A stretch of 64,000 nucleotides of DNA from Deltaproteobacteria bacterium (GCA_032128115.1 JAQBHB010000047.1:218886-282885); one strand, 5' to 3'. Positions 9,928 through 20,459 are shown, numbered from the stretch's first letter. Numbers and translations: made by a program. Notes: a model not told the origin generated them from the sequence alone.

Positions 9928-10728
9928 TCAATTGGCGAGCGAGTCCTTCGCACGTTCAGACAGGATCTGCTGCACCAGCACCAGGTCGGCGGGTCGGTCC
10001 ACGTCGACGGCGGCTTCCGCGAACGGCATTCGGACGGGGCGCACCCGGGCGCCCATGGCTCGGGAGACCCGCTCGAACGCAGCGTCCAGGTCCAGGCGCC
10101 CCAATGCGAACTGCAGCAGGGTTGCGGCACCGAACGCACTCACCAGTCGCCACGGCTGCTTGCGCAGCTGTTCGACCCGCCGCCAGAAGGCGGCGGCGCG
10201 TCGGGCCTCGGGGGTGAGAAATGCGAACAGGTTCGCCCCCGACCAGGCGTCGCCGCGCAGGCGCAGGTAGGTCCGGGTGGAGCCCGGAAAGCGTTCGCGC
10301 ACCAGCGAGGCGGGCACCATGCCAACGCGAACGTCGGCGCCGTCGCCGTGCCCGGCGTTGGCGAAGTGGTCCACCATTTCGGGAGTGAGAAGGGGATGGT
10401 CGGCGGTGGCCACCAGCAGGGCTTCGCCGGCGGGGAGCGACTCGAGCACGTCCAGGACACTGCGGCTGGGCGAGTCGAGGCTCGCGTGCAGGGAGATGTG
10501 GCCCTGCTCGACTCCGCGTCCGATTTCGGCAACGGCGTTCAGGGCCGCGGGGTCGTCGATGCTGATGCACACGTGGCGCACGCTCTTCGATGCGCGCAGG
10601 GTGCGCACCACCCGGGCCAGCATGGGGACACCGTTCACGTCGACCAACGCCCGGTGGTGTGTGCCCCAGACGCCCGCCAGTGCGTCGTTCGCCGTGCGTC
10701 GACCCGCCAGGACGAGAGCGGTGGACAT
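9928..10728 (-). CDS. MobA-like NTP transferase
   Basis: VLAG at N terminus, ATADHPLL, SGANLF, VDVDRPAD. Confidence 0.85.
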   Translation of the reverse strand: MSTALVLAGRRTANDALAGVWGTHHRALVDVNGVPMLARVVRTLRASKSVRHVCISIDDPAALNAVAEIGRGVEQGHISLHASLDSPSRSVLDVLESLPAGEALLVATADHPLLTPEMVDHFANAGHGDGADVRVGMVPASLVRERFPGSTRTYLRLRGDAWSGANLFAFLTPEARRAAAFWRRVEQLRKQPWRLVSAFGAATLLQFALGRLDLDAAFERVSRAMGARVRPVRMPFAEAAVDVDRPADLVLVQQILSERAKDSLAN

Positions 10729-10735
10729 GGGCAGC

Positions 10736-12448
10736 CTAGGCCACCACCCCGGCCGGCATGTCCACGAGCTTGGCGGTGCCGCCCTCTAGGCGGTAGATGC
10801 GTGTGGCCACGCCCGTGAGTGCCAGCTGGTGTGAGATCGCGACGACGGTCATGCGACCCCGCAGCTGCTCCACCGTTTCCCACACGGCCGCTTCGCTGTC
10901 CGGGTCGAGTGCCGCGGTCGCCTCGTCCAGGATCAGAAGCTTCGGCGAGTGCACCAACGCGCGCGCGATGGCGATGCGCTGTCGCTGTCCGCCAGAGAAG
11001 AGGGAGCCCCGCTCGCCCACACTGGAGCGCACGCCTTCGGGCAGTGCGGAGACGAAGTTCCAGGCTCCGGCGTCGCGTAGGGCGGCCTCCACCTGCGCGT
11101 CCTCGATCGCCGGGTCACCCAGGCTCACGTTCATGAGGACCGAGTCGTGGAACAGGATCGTCTCCTGGGGCACGTAGCCAATCGACTGACGCCACGCGCG
11201 CATGTCCAGCTCCTGCAGCGAGACCCCGTCGAGCTTCACGTCGCCCTGGTTGGGCCGCAGCAGGCCGGTGATCAGGTCGACGATCGTGGTCTTGCCGGCG
11301 CCGGAGGGTCCGATGATGGCGGTGATCCCGCCGGCAGGAATCTCGAGGCTGGCTCCGTTCAAGACGGGCAGGTTCTCGTACTGGACGTGCACGTGGTCGA
11401 GGGTCAGCGCCCGCTCGAGAGCGGGCGTTCGGGTACCGGCCCGCGGCTCGCAGGCGGCATCGGCCTCGTCGATCATGGCACGAATCGACCAGTAGGCGCT
11501 CTCCTCGGAGGCCATGGCCTGATACTTCCGCTGCATCATGTTCACGCGGTCGAGCATGCGGACGAACACGATGCCGAGCACGCCCAGGGAGTCGAAGGCG
11601 AACCCGAACAACTCGACGCCCACCCACAGGGCGCCGAGGATGAAGGTCACGACGAACAGCTCCTGCAGCGCGCGCAGCGCCTCGCGGCTCAGGACTCTCT
11701 TGCGCAGCTGGCGGTTGAGCTTGCCCGTCTCTTCCTCCAGAAGAGGGGCTACCAGGTGCTCCTGCCCCGTGGCCTTCACGAGTTTCACCGCGCCGAGCGT
11801 GTCGGTCAGGTGAGAGAGCAGCGACTTCAGCAGCTCGGTCTGGCGGCGCCCTGCGCGTCCGGCCATCCGCACCAGACCGTGAAGGCCGCGGAACACGATG
11901 ATCCCCGTCAACCCGGCGGCCAGCGCAGCCTGCCAGGAGATCGCCACGGCCACGGCCACGTAGATGCAAAGCTCCAGGGCCGACGTCACGATCATCGCCA
12001 GGTGGCCGTAGGTGAGCGCCGATCGGTTGGCCTCGGTAGCCATGGCATTGGCGGCCGCACCGATGGGCTGACGCGCGAAGTAGCCCCAGCGCGCCGCCAG
12101 CAGGGCGCGAAGCAATCCCAGGCGCAGATCAGTGGCGACGTGAGCGACCGTGTATCCCACCTGGCGATTCGACAGGATCACGAAGATCGCCTTGACCACG
12201 AAAGCGGCGAGGATGATCAGGACGAGCGGGGTCAGCTCGCGCGGAATGTCGAACCGGGCCAGAGCGTCGAGGGTGGCGGTCTCCAGGGCCGAGGGGTGAC
12301 TCGAGGGCTCGCTTGCCGTCACCACTCCCAGCAGGGGCGCTATGGCGGTGAGGCCGACACCCTCCAACAAAGCCGCAAGTATCAGGCAAAGTAGGACGAT
12401 AAGGCTTTGCCACGGATACGAGCGGGCGAACTGAAGCAGGATTCGCAT
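10736..12448 (-). CDS. ABC exporter, fused TMD-NBD (MsbA-like)
   Basis: N-terminal TMD; GPSGAGKT, FSGGQRQR, ILDEATAALD. Confidence 0.93.
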   Translation of the reverse strand: MRILLQFARSYPWQSLIVLLCLILAALLEGVGLTAIAPLLGVVTASEPSSHPSALETATLDALARFDIPRELTPLVLIILAAFVVKAIFVILSNRQVGYTVAHVATDLRLGLLRALLAARWGYFARQPIGAAANAMATEANRSALTYGHLAMIVTSALELCIYVAVAVAISWQAALAAGLTGIIVFRGLHGLVRMAGRAGRRQTELLKSLLSHLTDTLGAVKLVKATGQEHLVAPLLEEETGKLNRQLRKRVLSREALRALQELFVVTFILGALWVGVELFGFAFDSLGVLGIVFVRMLDRVNMMQRKYQAMASEESAYWSIRAMIDEADAACEPRAGTRTPALERALTLDHVHVQYENLPVLNGASLEIPAGGITAIIGPSGAGKTTIVDLITGLLRPNQGDVKLDGVSLQELDMRAWRQSIGYVPQETILFHDSVLMNVSLGDPAIEDAQVEAALRDAGAWNFVSALPEGVRSSVGERGSLFSGGQRQRIAIARALVHSPKLLILDEATAALDPDSEAAVWETVEQLRGRMTVVAISHQLALTGVATRIYRLEGGTAKLVDMPAGVVA

Positions 12449-12648
12449 GCTGCCTGGTATCGGCTCCGGACGGCTGGGGCGTTACGGGGGATCTCGAGGA
12501 TCGGGCTGGACAGCGGACTATAGCGAAGCACAGGCTTGCTGAGACACGAGGTGGGTGTAAAACACCCCGATTCGTACGTTCGGGGTAGTCAACTGTCGCC
12601 GTACTCGCTATGTAGCGGCGATCGAAAAGGTGGGGAGGAGAAGTCCAG

Positions 12649-13458
12649 ATGCGAATCGGTGACATCGCCGTCGGCAACGGTGCCCCCCTGGTACTGATCT
12701 CCGGCCTCAATGTGATCGAATCGCTGGAGGGCACCCTCGAGTGCGCGGTCGCGGCCCAGGGTGTCGCCGAGAAGCACGGACTTCCCGTCGTCTTCAAGGC
12801 CTCCTTCGACAAGGCGAACCGCTCGAGCCATACGTCGTATCGGGGCCTGGGCATGGACGAGGGTCTCATGATCCTCGAACGCGTGAAGCGCGAGACCGGT
12901 CTGCCCGTGACCACCGACGTGCACGAGGCTGGCCAGGCCAAGATCGTGGCCGAGGTGGTGGACTGCCTGCAGATCCCGGCCTTCCTGTGCCGCCAGACCG
13001 ATCTGGTGGCGGCGTGCGCGGCGACCGGACTTCCGATCAACTTCAAGCGCGGCCAGTTCATCGCGCCGCGCGACATGGGTCACGCCCTCGACAAGGCGCG
13101 CCACTTCGGCGCCTCCGACGTGATGGTTACCGAGCGTGGGTCTGCGTTCGGGTACAACGACCTGGTGGTGGACCTGCGCGGCATCGTTGCCATGCGCGAA
13201 TTTACGCCCGTCTGCTTCGACGCGACCCACGCCGTCCAGTACCCGGGCGGCGGAGCGACTGCCAGCGCCGGCGACCGCACGTTCGTGGCGCCGTTGGCGC
13301 GCGCGGCCGTCGCGGTGGGCATCGACGCCCTGTTCGTCGAGATCCATCCGGATCCGCAGTCGGCCCCCTGTGACGGGCAGTGCCAGCTGCGGGTCGAGGA
13401 TCTCGATCGCATGCTCACCGACATCTGCGCCATCCGGGCCTCGCTCACCCGGGACTGA
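12649..13458 (+). CDS. kdsA: 3-deoxy-8-phosphooctulonate (KDO8P) synthase
   Basis: FKASFDKANRSS, QIPAFLCRQTDL, ERGSAFGYNDLVVD, FDATHAVQ. Confidence 0.95.
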   Translation: MRIGDIAVGNGAPLVLISGLNVIESLEGTLECAVAAQGVAEKHGLPVVFKASFDKANRSSHTSYRGLGMDEGLMILERVKRETGLPVTTDVHEAGQAKIVAEVVDCLQIPAFLCRQTDLVAACAATGLPINFKRGQFIAPRDMGHALDKARHFGASDVMVTERGSAFGYNDLVVDLRGIVAMREFTPVCFDATHAVQYPGGGATASAGDRTFVAPLARAAVAVGIDALFVEIHPDPQSAPCDGQCQLRVEDLDRMLTDICAIRASLTRD

Positions 13459-13527
13459 GCTCTCCCGCTCCGGCCGAACGCGGTTCGATGGCCTAGCCTG
13501 GGGCGCGATCGGCCGGGAGGGCTGGGC

Positions 13528-14676
13528 ATGCGGCGTGAGATATTCGACGAAGAGCACGATCTGTTTCGTTCCCAGTTCCGGCGCTTCGCCGAGGGCGAGA
13601 TCGAGCCCCGAATCGCGGGTTGGAACGCCCAAGGGTCCACAGACCGCGACACCTGGAAGAAGGTGGGCCAGGGCGGGTACCTGGGAGTGATGGCGCCCGA
13701 GGAGTACGGGGGCGCCGGTGCGGACTACCGATACGCCGCCATCATCCACGAAGAACTCGCGCGGATCCGAGCCCACGCACTGATGCTGGGCCTGCACTCC
13801 GAGATCTGCATGCCGTACCTGCAGGCCTTCGGGAACGCCGAGCAGAAGTCGCGCTACCTGCCGGGGACCATCACCGGCGAGATCGTGCTGGCCATCGCCA
13901 TGACCGAGCCGGGGGCCGGCTCCGATCTGGCCGCCGTGCAGACCCGGGCCATTCGCGACGGCGATCACTATGTGGTGGACGGTGCCAAGACCTTCATCTC
14001 CAACGGACAGATTGCGGACCTGGTGATCGTGGTGGCGCGTACCGACCCGGATGCGGAACCGCCCCACCGCGGGATCTCGCTGCTGCTGGTGGACGCCGAC
14101 ACTCCGGGTTTCAAGCGCGGACGCAACCTCCCGAAGCTGGGTCTGAAGGGACAGGACACCAGCGAACTGTTCTTCCAGGACTGCCGGGTTCCGGTGGAGA
14201 ACCTCCTGGGCCGGGAAGGCCAGGGCTTCAAGATGCTCATGACGCAGCTGCAGCAGGAGCGGCTCGTCATCGCCGACGGATCCATGGCGTCGTGCCGTCG
14301 CTCCCTGGACGACACCCTCGAATACGTGAAGGAGCGGCGCGCCTTCGGGCAGCGCATCGCGTCGTTCCAGAACACCCAGTTCGTGCTGGCTGAGCTCGAG
14401 ACGGAGGTCGAGATCGGTCAGGCGTTCGTAGACAAGTTGATCGCGGCCCATGTGCGGGGCGAGGAGATCGTGAAGGAAGTGAGCATGGCCAAGTGGTGGG
14501 TCACCGATCTCCAGAAACGGGTGGCGGCCGAGTGCCTGCAGCTCCACGGTGGCTACGGGTTCATGACGGAGTACCCGATCTCGGGCGACTACGCGGACGC
14601 GGCTGTGCAGAGCATCTACGCCGGTTCCAATGAAATCATGAAGGTGATCATCGCCCGGCGCCTGGGACTGGACTGA
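13528..14676 (+). CDS. Acyl-CoA dehydrogenase
   Basis: AMTEPGAGSD, KTFISNG, QLHGGYG, IYAGSNEIM. Confidence 0.95.
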   Translation: MRREIFDEEHDLFRSQFRRFAEGEIEPRIAGWNAQGSTDRDTWKKVGQGGYLGVMAPEEYGGAGADYRYAAIIHEELARIRAHALMLGLHSEICMPYLQAFGNAEQKSRYLPGTITGEIVLAIAMTEPGAGSDLAAVQTRAIRDGDHYVVDGAKTFISNGQIADLVIVVARTDPDAEPPHRGISLLLVDADTPGFKRGRNLPKLGLKGQDTSELFFQDCRVPVENLLGREGQGFKMLMTQLQQERLVIADGSMASCRRSLDDTLEYVKERRAFGQRIASFQNTQFVLAELETEVEIGQAFVDKLIAAHVRGEEIVKEVSMAKWWVTDLQKRVAAECLQLHGGYGFMTEYPISGDYADAAVQSIYAGSNEIMKVIIARRLGLD

Positions 14677-17391
14677 TCAACCACCGCCGGAGAAGAAGCC
14701 TGCGGCGCGCGGCCCCTGGGCTTCCACCAGGGCGGCGCACAGGCGGATTCGCTCCAGGGCGCCGGCGAGATTGCGCGGGCCGCCCCCCAGTGTGTCGATG
14801 CGGGGGGCGAAGAATTCCTCCAGCGCTTGCGCCCGCTCGGCGCTGCAGAACGACGACGCCAGCTGTGGCAAGCCACCGGCTCGGGTGCTGCCGATGCGTT
14901 CCACCAGCTCGTCGAAGTTCAGCTCGACCCAGCGCCAGGTGTCGCCGCGGGTCGCGGGATCTTCCATCTGCGCTCGTAGGGTTACCAGGGTTTCGTTCAC
15001 CCGCAGCCCCGGTCCGAGCGCCAGGTTACGCGCCCGCATCGCCAGCTCCGGGTCGAGCGTGGTGCCCAGGGCAGAGAGCAACCGTTGTCGCAACACGGCG
15101 TCGTCCGTGGCTTCCAGGTGGGCGAGCAGTGCGTCGAAGACCTCCGGACCTCCGTCCTGCACCGCGACGGCCAGGGCGGTGCCGGCGAGGTTCGTGTCCA
15201 CCGCCTTCGGGTCGAGTACGCCGCCGCCCCCGATTCCCGCGAAACGTCGCCCCCGGGCGGCGGCCTCCTGGCGGATCTCGGGGTCGCGGCCCACGAAGGC
15301 CAGGAACTCGATCACCGACCCGCGCAACAGGCGCGTCTCGCCGTCTTCGACGGGGCGGGGCTCCCAGCCCAGGCGCTGATAGGTGGGCGTGTAGAGTCCG
15401 CGTACGAACGCCTCCACGGCGGGACGCACGCGGGCCTCCACCAGGTGGTCTCGCGCTTTCCGGACCATCGACATGGGCGCCTCGGCCACCGCTCGGGCCG
15501 GATCGTTCGCGAGAGGCGCCAGGGCCGCGAAGACATCGCCCGCGGGAAGCGCGTTCGAACGCAGTGCGGCCTCGAGCCCATCGGCGAACGACAGGCGTTC
15601 GCGGGTCGAGAGATGGGGCAGTCCCCGGCTCCGGAGGCGCTCGGCGTCTCGGGGTGCCAGCGACCAGCGGTAGTAGCCCGCGCCTTCCGCATTGGGGATC
15701 ACCCAGTCGGGACAGCAGTCGGGACAGCAGTCGGGACAGGACGGGGCGTCCAGGGGCAGGGTTCCCTCCACCCCGACGAGCAGGGTGCAGGCCTCGTGCA
15801 GCTGGTCTCCCAGTCCGTATCGCGCGCACACGGGGATCTGCCACACCGAGTCGCGGCTGCCCTGGGAGCCCACCGGCAGGAACCGCGACTGGCGCAGGGT
15901 CAGGTGGGCCGACCCGCCCTGACAGTGGGTTTCCGCCTCGACGAAGGGCACGCCCGGCTGATCCAGGAACGTATGGAAGGGCGTTGTCACGTCGCGACCG
16001 GCGGCATCCGAGAGCGCTGCGAGCAGGTCGCCCGACACCGCGACGCCCAGGGCATGCTTCTGGAGATACTGGCGGACACCGCTTCGAAAGCGATCGGTGC
16101 CGATCCAGCGCTCGAACATGGCGAGCACGCCGGCGCCCTTGCTGTAGGTGATGGCGTCGAACGCGTTGCGGATGTCGTGGGCGCTCTCGATGGGTTGTCG
16201 GATGCGCCGCGCGGAAATCAGGCTGTCCGCGTTCATGGCGCCCAACACGTGTTCCAACTGGGCCAGATCAGCGCGTTGCTCGGGCGCCACCATCTCGACG
16301 GCCCGCGTTCCCATCCAGGTGGCGAAGGCCTCGTTGAGCCAGAGGTCGTTCCACCACGCCAGCGTGACCAGATCCCCGAACCATTGGTGTGCCAGCTCGT
16401 GGGCCATCACGTAAGTGAAGGCCCGGCGCTGCCACTCGGGGGCCGTAGCGTCTTCCAGCAGGAGCAACGAGTCGCGGAAGGTGATGGCTCCTGCGTTCTC
16501 CATGGCGCCTGCGCCGAAGTCCGGCAGCGCCATCACGTCGAGTTTCTGGAATGGGTACTCGCTTCCGAAGTAGCTTTCCAACGCCTCGAGGAGCGGAGGC
16601 GTGTGTTCCAACGCGTAGGCGAGTTCGCCGCCCCGTCCTTCCACCGCCACGCCGCGAAACGGAAGTGCCCGCTTGCGCGGGCCGTGCGCTGGCATGTCGG
16701 GGGCGTCCACGAGGTCCAGGGGCCCCACGGCCCACGCCAGCAGGTAGGTGGGGAGGGGCGGCGTCGGGGCGAAGCGCACGCGCTTGAGCCCGTTGGCGAG
16801 GAGCTCCTCCTCGACCAGCGGCGTATTCGCGATGGCCGTGTGGTCCTGGCGTACCGTGAGGCTCACCTCGAACGGGGTCTTGAAGCTGGGTTCGTCGAAG
16901 CCGGGAAAGGCCTGGCGCGCGGCGATGGGCTCGAACTGGGTGAATGCGTAGGACTTGCCATTGGCCTCGACGTGGTAGAGGCCGCGCAGCGTGCGCCCGA
17001 ATTCCGCGCTGTAGTCGATGCGCAGGGTGGCGGCTCCGGGTCCCACGGGTCGCGGTAGAAGCAGGGCCACCACGCCGGTCGGGTCCATCACCCGCCAACG
17101 CGCGGACACCGGATCGCCCTGGGTGTCCTGCACGGTCACCCGGTCGATCTGGAGGTCGCGACCGTGGATCCATAGGGTTTCGAGCGGCTCGTCAACGGCG
17201 ACGCGGATCACCGCGGTGCCCGAGAAGCGGTCGCGGTCGGGAACGATGGAAAGGTCGAGGCTGTAGTGCTCCGGGCGCACGTTCTGGGGGAGGCGGCCCC
17301 GGGGAACGGCCTCGTCCCGACCGGGAGCGTGCCCCAGGCAGGAGACCGCCCACAAGAGAACTCCGGCGAGTGCCAGGCTGCGCGATCGCAC
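14677..17391 (-). CDS. M1 family zinc aminopeptidase with ERAP1-like C-terminal domain (probable lipoprotein)
   Basis: GAMEN, HELAH..WLNE, YSKG; signal peptide ending AVSC. Confidence 0.95.
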   Translation of the reverse strand: MRSRSLALAGVLLWAVSCLGHAPGRDEAVPRGRLPQNVRPEHYSLDLSIVPDRDRFSGTAVIRVAVDEPLETLWIHGRDLQIDRVTVQDTQGDPVSARWRVMDPTGVVALLLPRPVGPGAATLRIDYSAEFGRTLRGLYHVEANGKSYAFTQFEPIAARQAFPGFDEPSFKTPFEVSLTVRQDHTAIANTPLVEEELLANGLKRVRFAPTPPLPTYLLAWAVGPLDLVDAPDMPAHGPRKRALPFRGVAVEGRGGELAYALEHTPPLLEALESYFGSEYPFQKLDVMALPDFGAGAMENAGAITFRDSLLLLEDATAPEWQRRAFTYVMAHELAHQWFGDLVTLAWWNDLWLNEAFATWMGTRAVEMVAPEQRADLAQLEHVLGAMNADSLISARRIRQPIESAHDIRNAFDAITYSKGAGVLAMFERWIGTDRFRSGVRQYLQKHALGVAVSGDLLAALSDAAGRDVTTPFHTFLDQPGVPFVEAETHCQGGSAHLTLRQSRFLPVGSQGSRDSVWQIPVCARYGLGDQLHEACTLLVGVEGTLPLDAPSCPDCCPDCCPDWVIPNAEGAGYYRWSLAPRDAERLRSRGLPHLSTRERLSFADGLEAALRSNALPAGDVFAALAPLANDPARAVAEAPMSMVRKARDHLVEARVRPAVEAFVRGLYTPTYQRLGWEPRPVEDGETRLLRGSVIEFLAFVGRDPEIRQEAAARGRRFAGIGGGGVLDPKAVDTNLAGTALAVAVQDGGPEVFDALLAHLEATDDAVLRQRLLSALGTTLDPELAMRARNLALGPGLRVNETLVTLRAQMEDPATRGDTWRWVELNFDELVERIGSTRAGGLPQLASSFCSAERAQALEEFFAPRIDTLGGGPRNLAGALERIRLCAALVEAQGPRAAGFFSGGG
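15704..15739. repeat. In-frame tandem repeat 12 bp x3
   Basis: CAGTCGGGACAG x3, encodes CPDCCPDCCPDW in the aminopeptidase. Confidence 0.95.
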
Positions 17392-17528
17392 GGCGCCGCA
17401 GCATAGGACGGATCGCTGCGGCTGGTTACCGCACGCGGGCGGGGCTCCCGCCCCCCGCCTCGACTGGGACTCGCGGCTGCGTCAGGCTCCGGCCGCACCC
17501 CGGACGTGCGGGTGTCAGGAGAGATCGA

Positions 17529-20459
17529 GTGGATCTGCGTCGTGGCGTCGAGCTGGTTCTTTCGCTCGTGGCGGGTCTTCTCGCCGCGGGGCCCGGTGTG
17601 GCCGCGCCCGCAACGCTTCGCGCCGAGCAGATCCAGCCGGAGACCGCGGCGCAGCTGCAGATCGGCGGGCCCGATGCCATCGGCGGTGTCGGCGACTGGT
17701 ATCTCGCCAACGACGTGGTCGAGGTGATCGTCGACGATCCGAGTCGGCGTAACGCCACTCTCAACCACGGCGGAACCCTGGTGGACGCGGGCTTGCGCGA
17801 TCGGCGCGGAGAAGATCAGTTCGCGCGCCTGTTTCCACTGGCGAACATGGACCAGAACGTATTCATCGATTACGACCAGATCCGAGCCGAGGTGGACGAA
17901 GCCGCTGGCTGGGCGCGGCTGGTGGTGTCGTCGGACCGGTTGGATTCCCTGCCGAAGAGCACGGCGCTGGCGCGCCTGTTCGATCCCATGGTTCCCGAGG
18001 CGGAGGCGCTGGTCGGTCTGCGGGTCGAGACCGAGTACACGGTGCTGCGCGGCGAGTCGTTCATCCACATCACGACCACGCTGAACAACGGCGGCCTGCG
18101 CCCGGTGCCGATTTTCGCCTACGGGGATGTCTGGATGCGAGGCGGCCACGGTATGCGGTCGTTCGTGGGCAACACCGTCAAGGCGAAGCGAACGGTGGGT
18201 TTCCATCACAAGAGCTTCGATCGGAACAACGTGTTGGCGGCGGGTGACGCCATGGTGCCGTTCACCCATGTGGTGGTTCCCGGCGTCCAGCAGTTCCCGC
18301 CCATCACCTACGCCCTGTTCGCGCCGGAGCGGGCGGCGCGCCGACTCGTGAACTTCGGGGTCACCTCCCAGCACGTGACGTTCATCAACGCCTTCACGTT
18401 CGACCCGGATTGGGCGCGTCTGAGCCTGTGGCGCATCGCCCAGGCCACCCAGGAGTCGATCCCGCCCGGGGAATCCTGGACCTATCGTCGCCGCCTCCTG
18501 ATCACGCCCCACAACGATGTGGCCTCAGCCACCGACGTGATCTTTCCGCTGGTGGGCTACGCCGATGGCAGCAGCGGGATCCGGGGGCGTGTTTCGCCCC
18601 GCGACCGTCTCGTCGCCGTCCACGTCCGGCTGGCCGAGGAGGGGGCGCCCGTGACCCAGATCCTGACGCGCACCCGCGGACCCGCAGCCGGAGAGTTTCA
18701 CGCAGTGCTTCCGCCCGGAGACTACGTGCTGGAGTTCCGCAGCGCCCACGAGCCCGTGCGTGACGTGCCGGTAACGGTCGACTCGGGGAGCTTTGCCAAC
18801 GTGCCGACCCAGAGCTTCGGCGATCCGGGCTGGCTGATTCTCGACCCGGCCTTCGCCGGCGAGAGGGCGGGTCGTGTGATCGTCGCTGGGCTCGGCGAGA
18901 CTCCGGATCCGATCTTCCAGCCCGAACTTCTCGATTTTCGCGTGGACGACGTGCGGGCTTCCAGCGGATCTGCGACCCGGGACCTGATCTTCACCGGTGG
19001 GCCCGACGATCCCCATCGCGTTGCGCTGGCCCCGGGGCACTATCGGCTCACTGCGACCCGCGGGCCCGAGCACGACATCGCGCAGCGGGAGGTCAATCTG
19101 CTCGCGGGGGACGAAGTGCGGGTCGATCCCTTCGATCTGCGGCGGGTGGCCGATCTCAGCGCGTTTACTGCAGCCGATCTCCACGTTCACGCCCAGGCCA
19201 GCGACGACTCGGCGGTTCCCAACACAGAGGTACTGCGCCGGATGCTCGCGGAAGGCATCCAGGTCCTGGTCAGCAGCGACCACGAGAACCTGGGAGACTT
19301 CGGGCCGGCGTTGGATGCGCTGGGCGTGCGCGAACGCATCCGGGTGATCGGGGGCGTCGAGGTCACCAGCAGCGCACCGAGTCCGGCAGCGCCCTGGACC
19401 ATCGGACACAGCAACACCTGGCCGGTGGCCTACCGCGAGAACGCGCATCGAAACGGCGCGCCGCCCAGCCAGGACATTGGCCTGGCGGATCTCTACAGCC
19501 TGCTGCGTCGCGACCTCGACGTTCGCGTCGTGCAGCTGAATCACCCGCGAGACGCGGAACCCGGGAAAATCGATCAGGGCGCATTCTTCACGCACCTGGC
19601 CACGGCGGGAGTCGGGTTCGATCCGGATCGCCCCATCGCGGAGGGGAGCAACGCGCTGCTGCTGGAGGTGGGAAGCGACGGCGAGACGCGGCCCATCGAC
19701 TTCGACGCCATGGAACTGATGAACGGAAGTTCCTGGGAGCAATATCTGCAGGTGCGGCGCGACTGGTACTCGCTGCTGAGCCAGGGGTTCCGCCGCACGG
19801 CCACGGCCAATTCGGATACCCACGGCCCCGACCAGGTGGCGGGATACCCGCGCAACTACGTGGCAGTCGACTTCCGTGACGATCCGGTGCGCTTCGACCA
19901 GGCGGTGCGCGAAGGTCGCCTGTTCGGCAGCAACGGCCCGCTCATCGTGAGCTTCAGTGTCAACGGGGGGCGTGCGGGAGACACCGTGGAGGCCCCAGAC
20001 GGTCGAGCGAACGTTCAGTTCGCCATCGCCGCTGCGCCCTGGGTTCCCGTGGACGAGGTGCGGCTTCTCGTGAACGGGCGCGTGGAGAGCCGCTACCCGC
20101 TCGATCCCCACGATCCGAACGCGCTGCGCCTGCTGGAGAATCTCGAGTTGCAGCTGGAAGGCGATGCGTTCGTGACGCTGGAGGCCGGCGCTCCCGCGGG
20201 CGTGGATACCGCCGCGTGGATCGCAAGCCACCCCGGTCCCTACACCGAGGCGGTGGCGCCGGGCTTCGTGGCTACGGCGTTTTCGAACCCGGTGTTCGTC
20301 GACATGGACCGAAACGGTCGCTTTGATCCTCCGGGTCTCGGTGCCCTGCCTGGGCCTTCGCCGGGTCGGGTGCCCGCATGGCTGTGGCTGGCGCTGGCCT
20401 GGATCGCCCTGGTGACGCTGCTCTGGCTGCGGCGATGGACCCGGGCCCGTGCGGTCTGA
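17529..20459 (+). CDS. Secreted CehA/McbA-like PHP-family metallohydrolase with C-terminal membrane anchor
   Basis: Signal peptide; ADLHVHA, SSDHE, GHSN, LNHPR, ANSDTH; GTG start with AGGAG RBS; C-terminal TM plus Arg cluster. Confidence 0.8.
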   Translation: MDLRRGVELVLSLVAGLLAAGPGVAAPATLRAEQIQPETAAQLQIGGPDAIGGVGDWYLANDVVEVIVDDPSRRNATLNHGGTLVDAGLRDRRGEDQFARLFPLANMDQNVFIDYDQIRAEVDEAAGWARLVVSSDRLDSLPKSTALARLFDPMVPEAEALVGLRVETEYTVLRGESFIHITTTLNNGGLRPVPIFAYGDVWMRGGHGMRSFVGNTVKAKRTVGFHHKSFDRNNVLAAGDAMVPFTHVVVPGVQQFPPITYALFAPERAARRLVNFGVTSQHVTFINAFTFDPDWARLSLWRIAQATQESIPPGESWTYRRRLLITPHNDVASATDVIFPLVGYADGSSGIRGRVSPRDRLVAVHVRLAEEGAPVTQILTRTRGPAAGEFHAVLPPGDYVLEFRSAHEPVRDVPVTVDSGSFANVPTQSFGDPGWLILDPAFAGERAGRVIVAGLGETPDPIFQPELLDFRVDDVRASSGSATRDLIFTGGPDDPHRVALAPGHYRLTATRGPEHDIAQREVNLLAGDEVRVDPFDLRRVADLSAFTAADLHVHAQASDDSAVPNTEVLRRMLAEGIQVLVSSDHENLGDFGPALDALGVRERIRVIGGVEVTSSAPSPAAPWTIGHSNTWPVAYRENAHRNGAPPSQDIGLADLYSLLRRDLDVRVVQLNHPRDAEPGKIDQGAFFTHLATAGVGFDPDRPIAEGSNALLLEVGSDGETRPIDFDAMELMNGSSWEQYLQVRRDWYSLLSQGFRRTATANSDTHGPDQVAGYPRNYVAVDFRDDPVRFDQAVREGRLFGSNGPLIVSFSVNGGRAGDTVEAPDGRANVQFAIAAAPWVPVDEVRLLVNGRVESRYPLDPHDPNALRLLENLELQLEGDAFVTLEAGAPAGVDTAAWIASHPGPYTEAVAPGFVATAFSNPVFVDMDRNGRFDPPGLGALPGPSPGRVPAWLWLALAWIALVTLLWLRRWTRARAV

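Noticed and set aside
16944..17528. N-terminal extensions given by the ORF track (also for the sulfatases, gloA, carbonic anhydrase, mgtE, MscS)
   Set aside because: They overlap neighbouring genes and are low-complexity; downstream starts have RBS or coupling support
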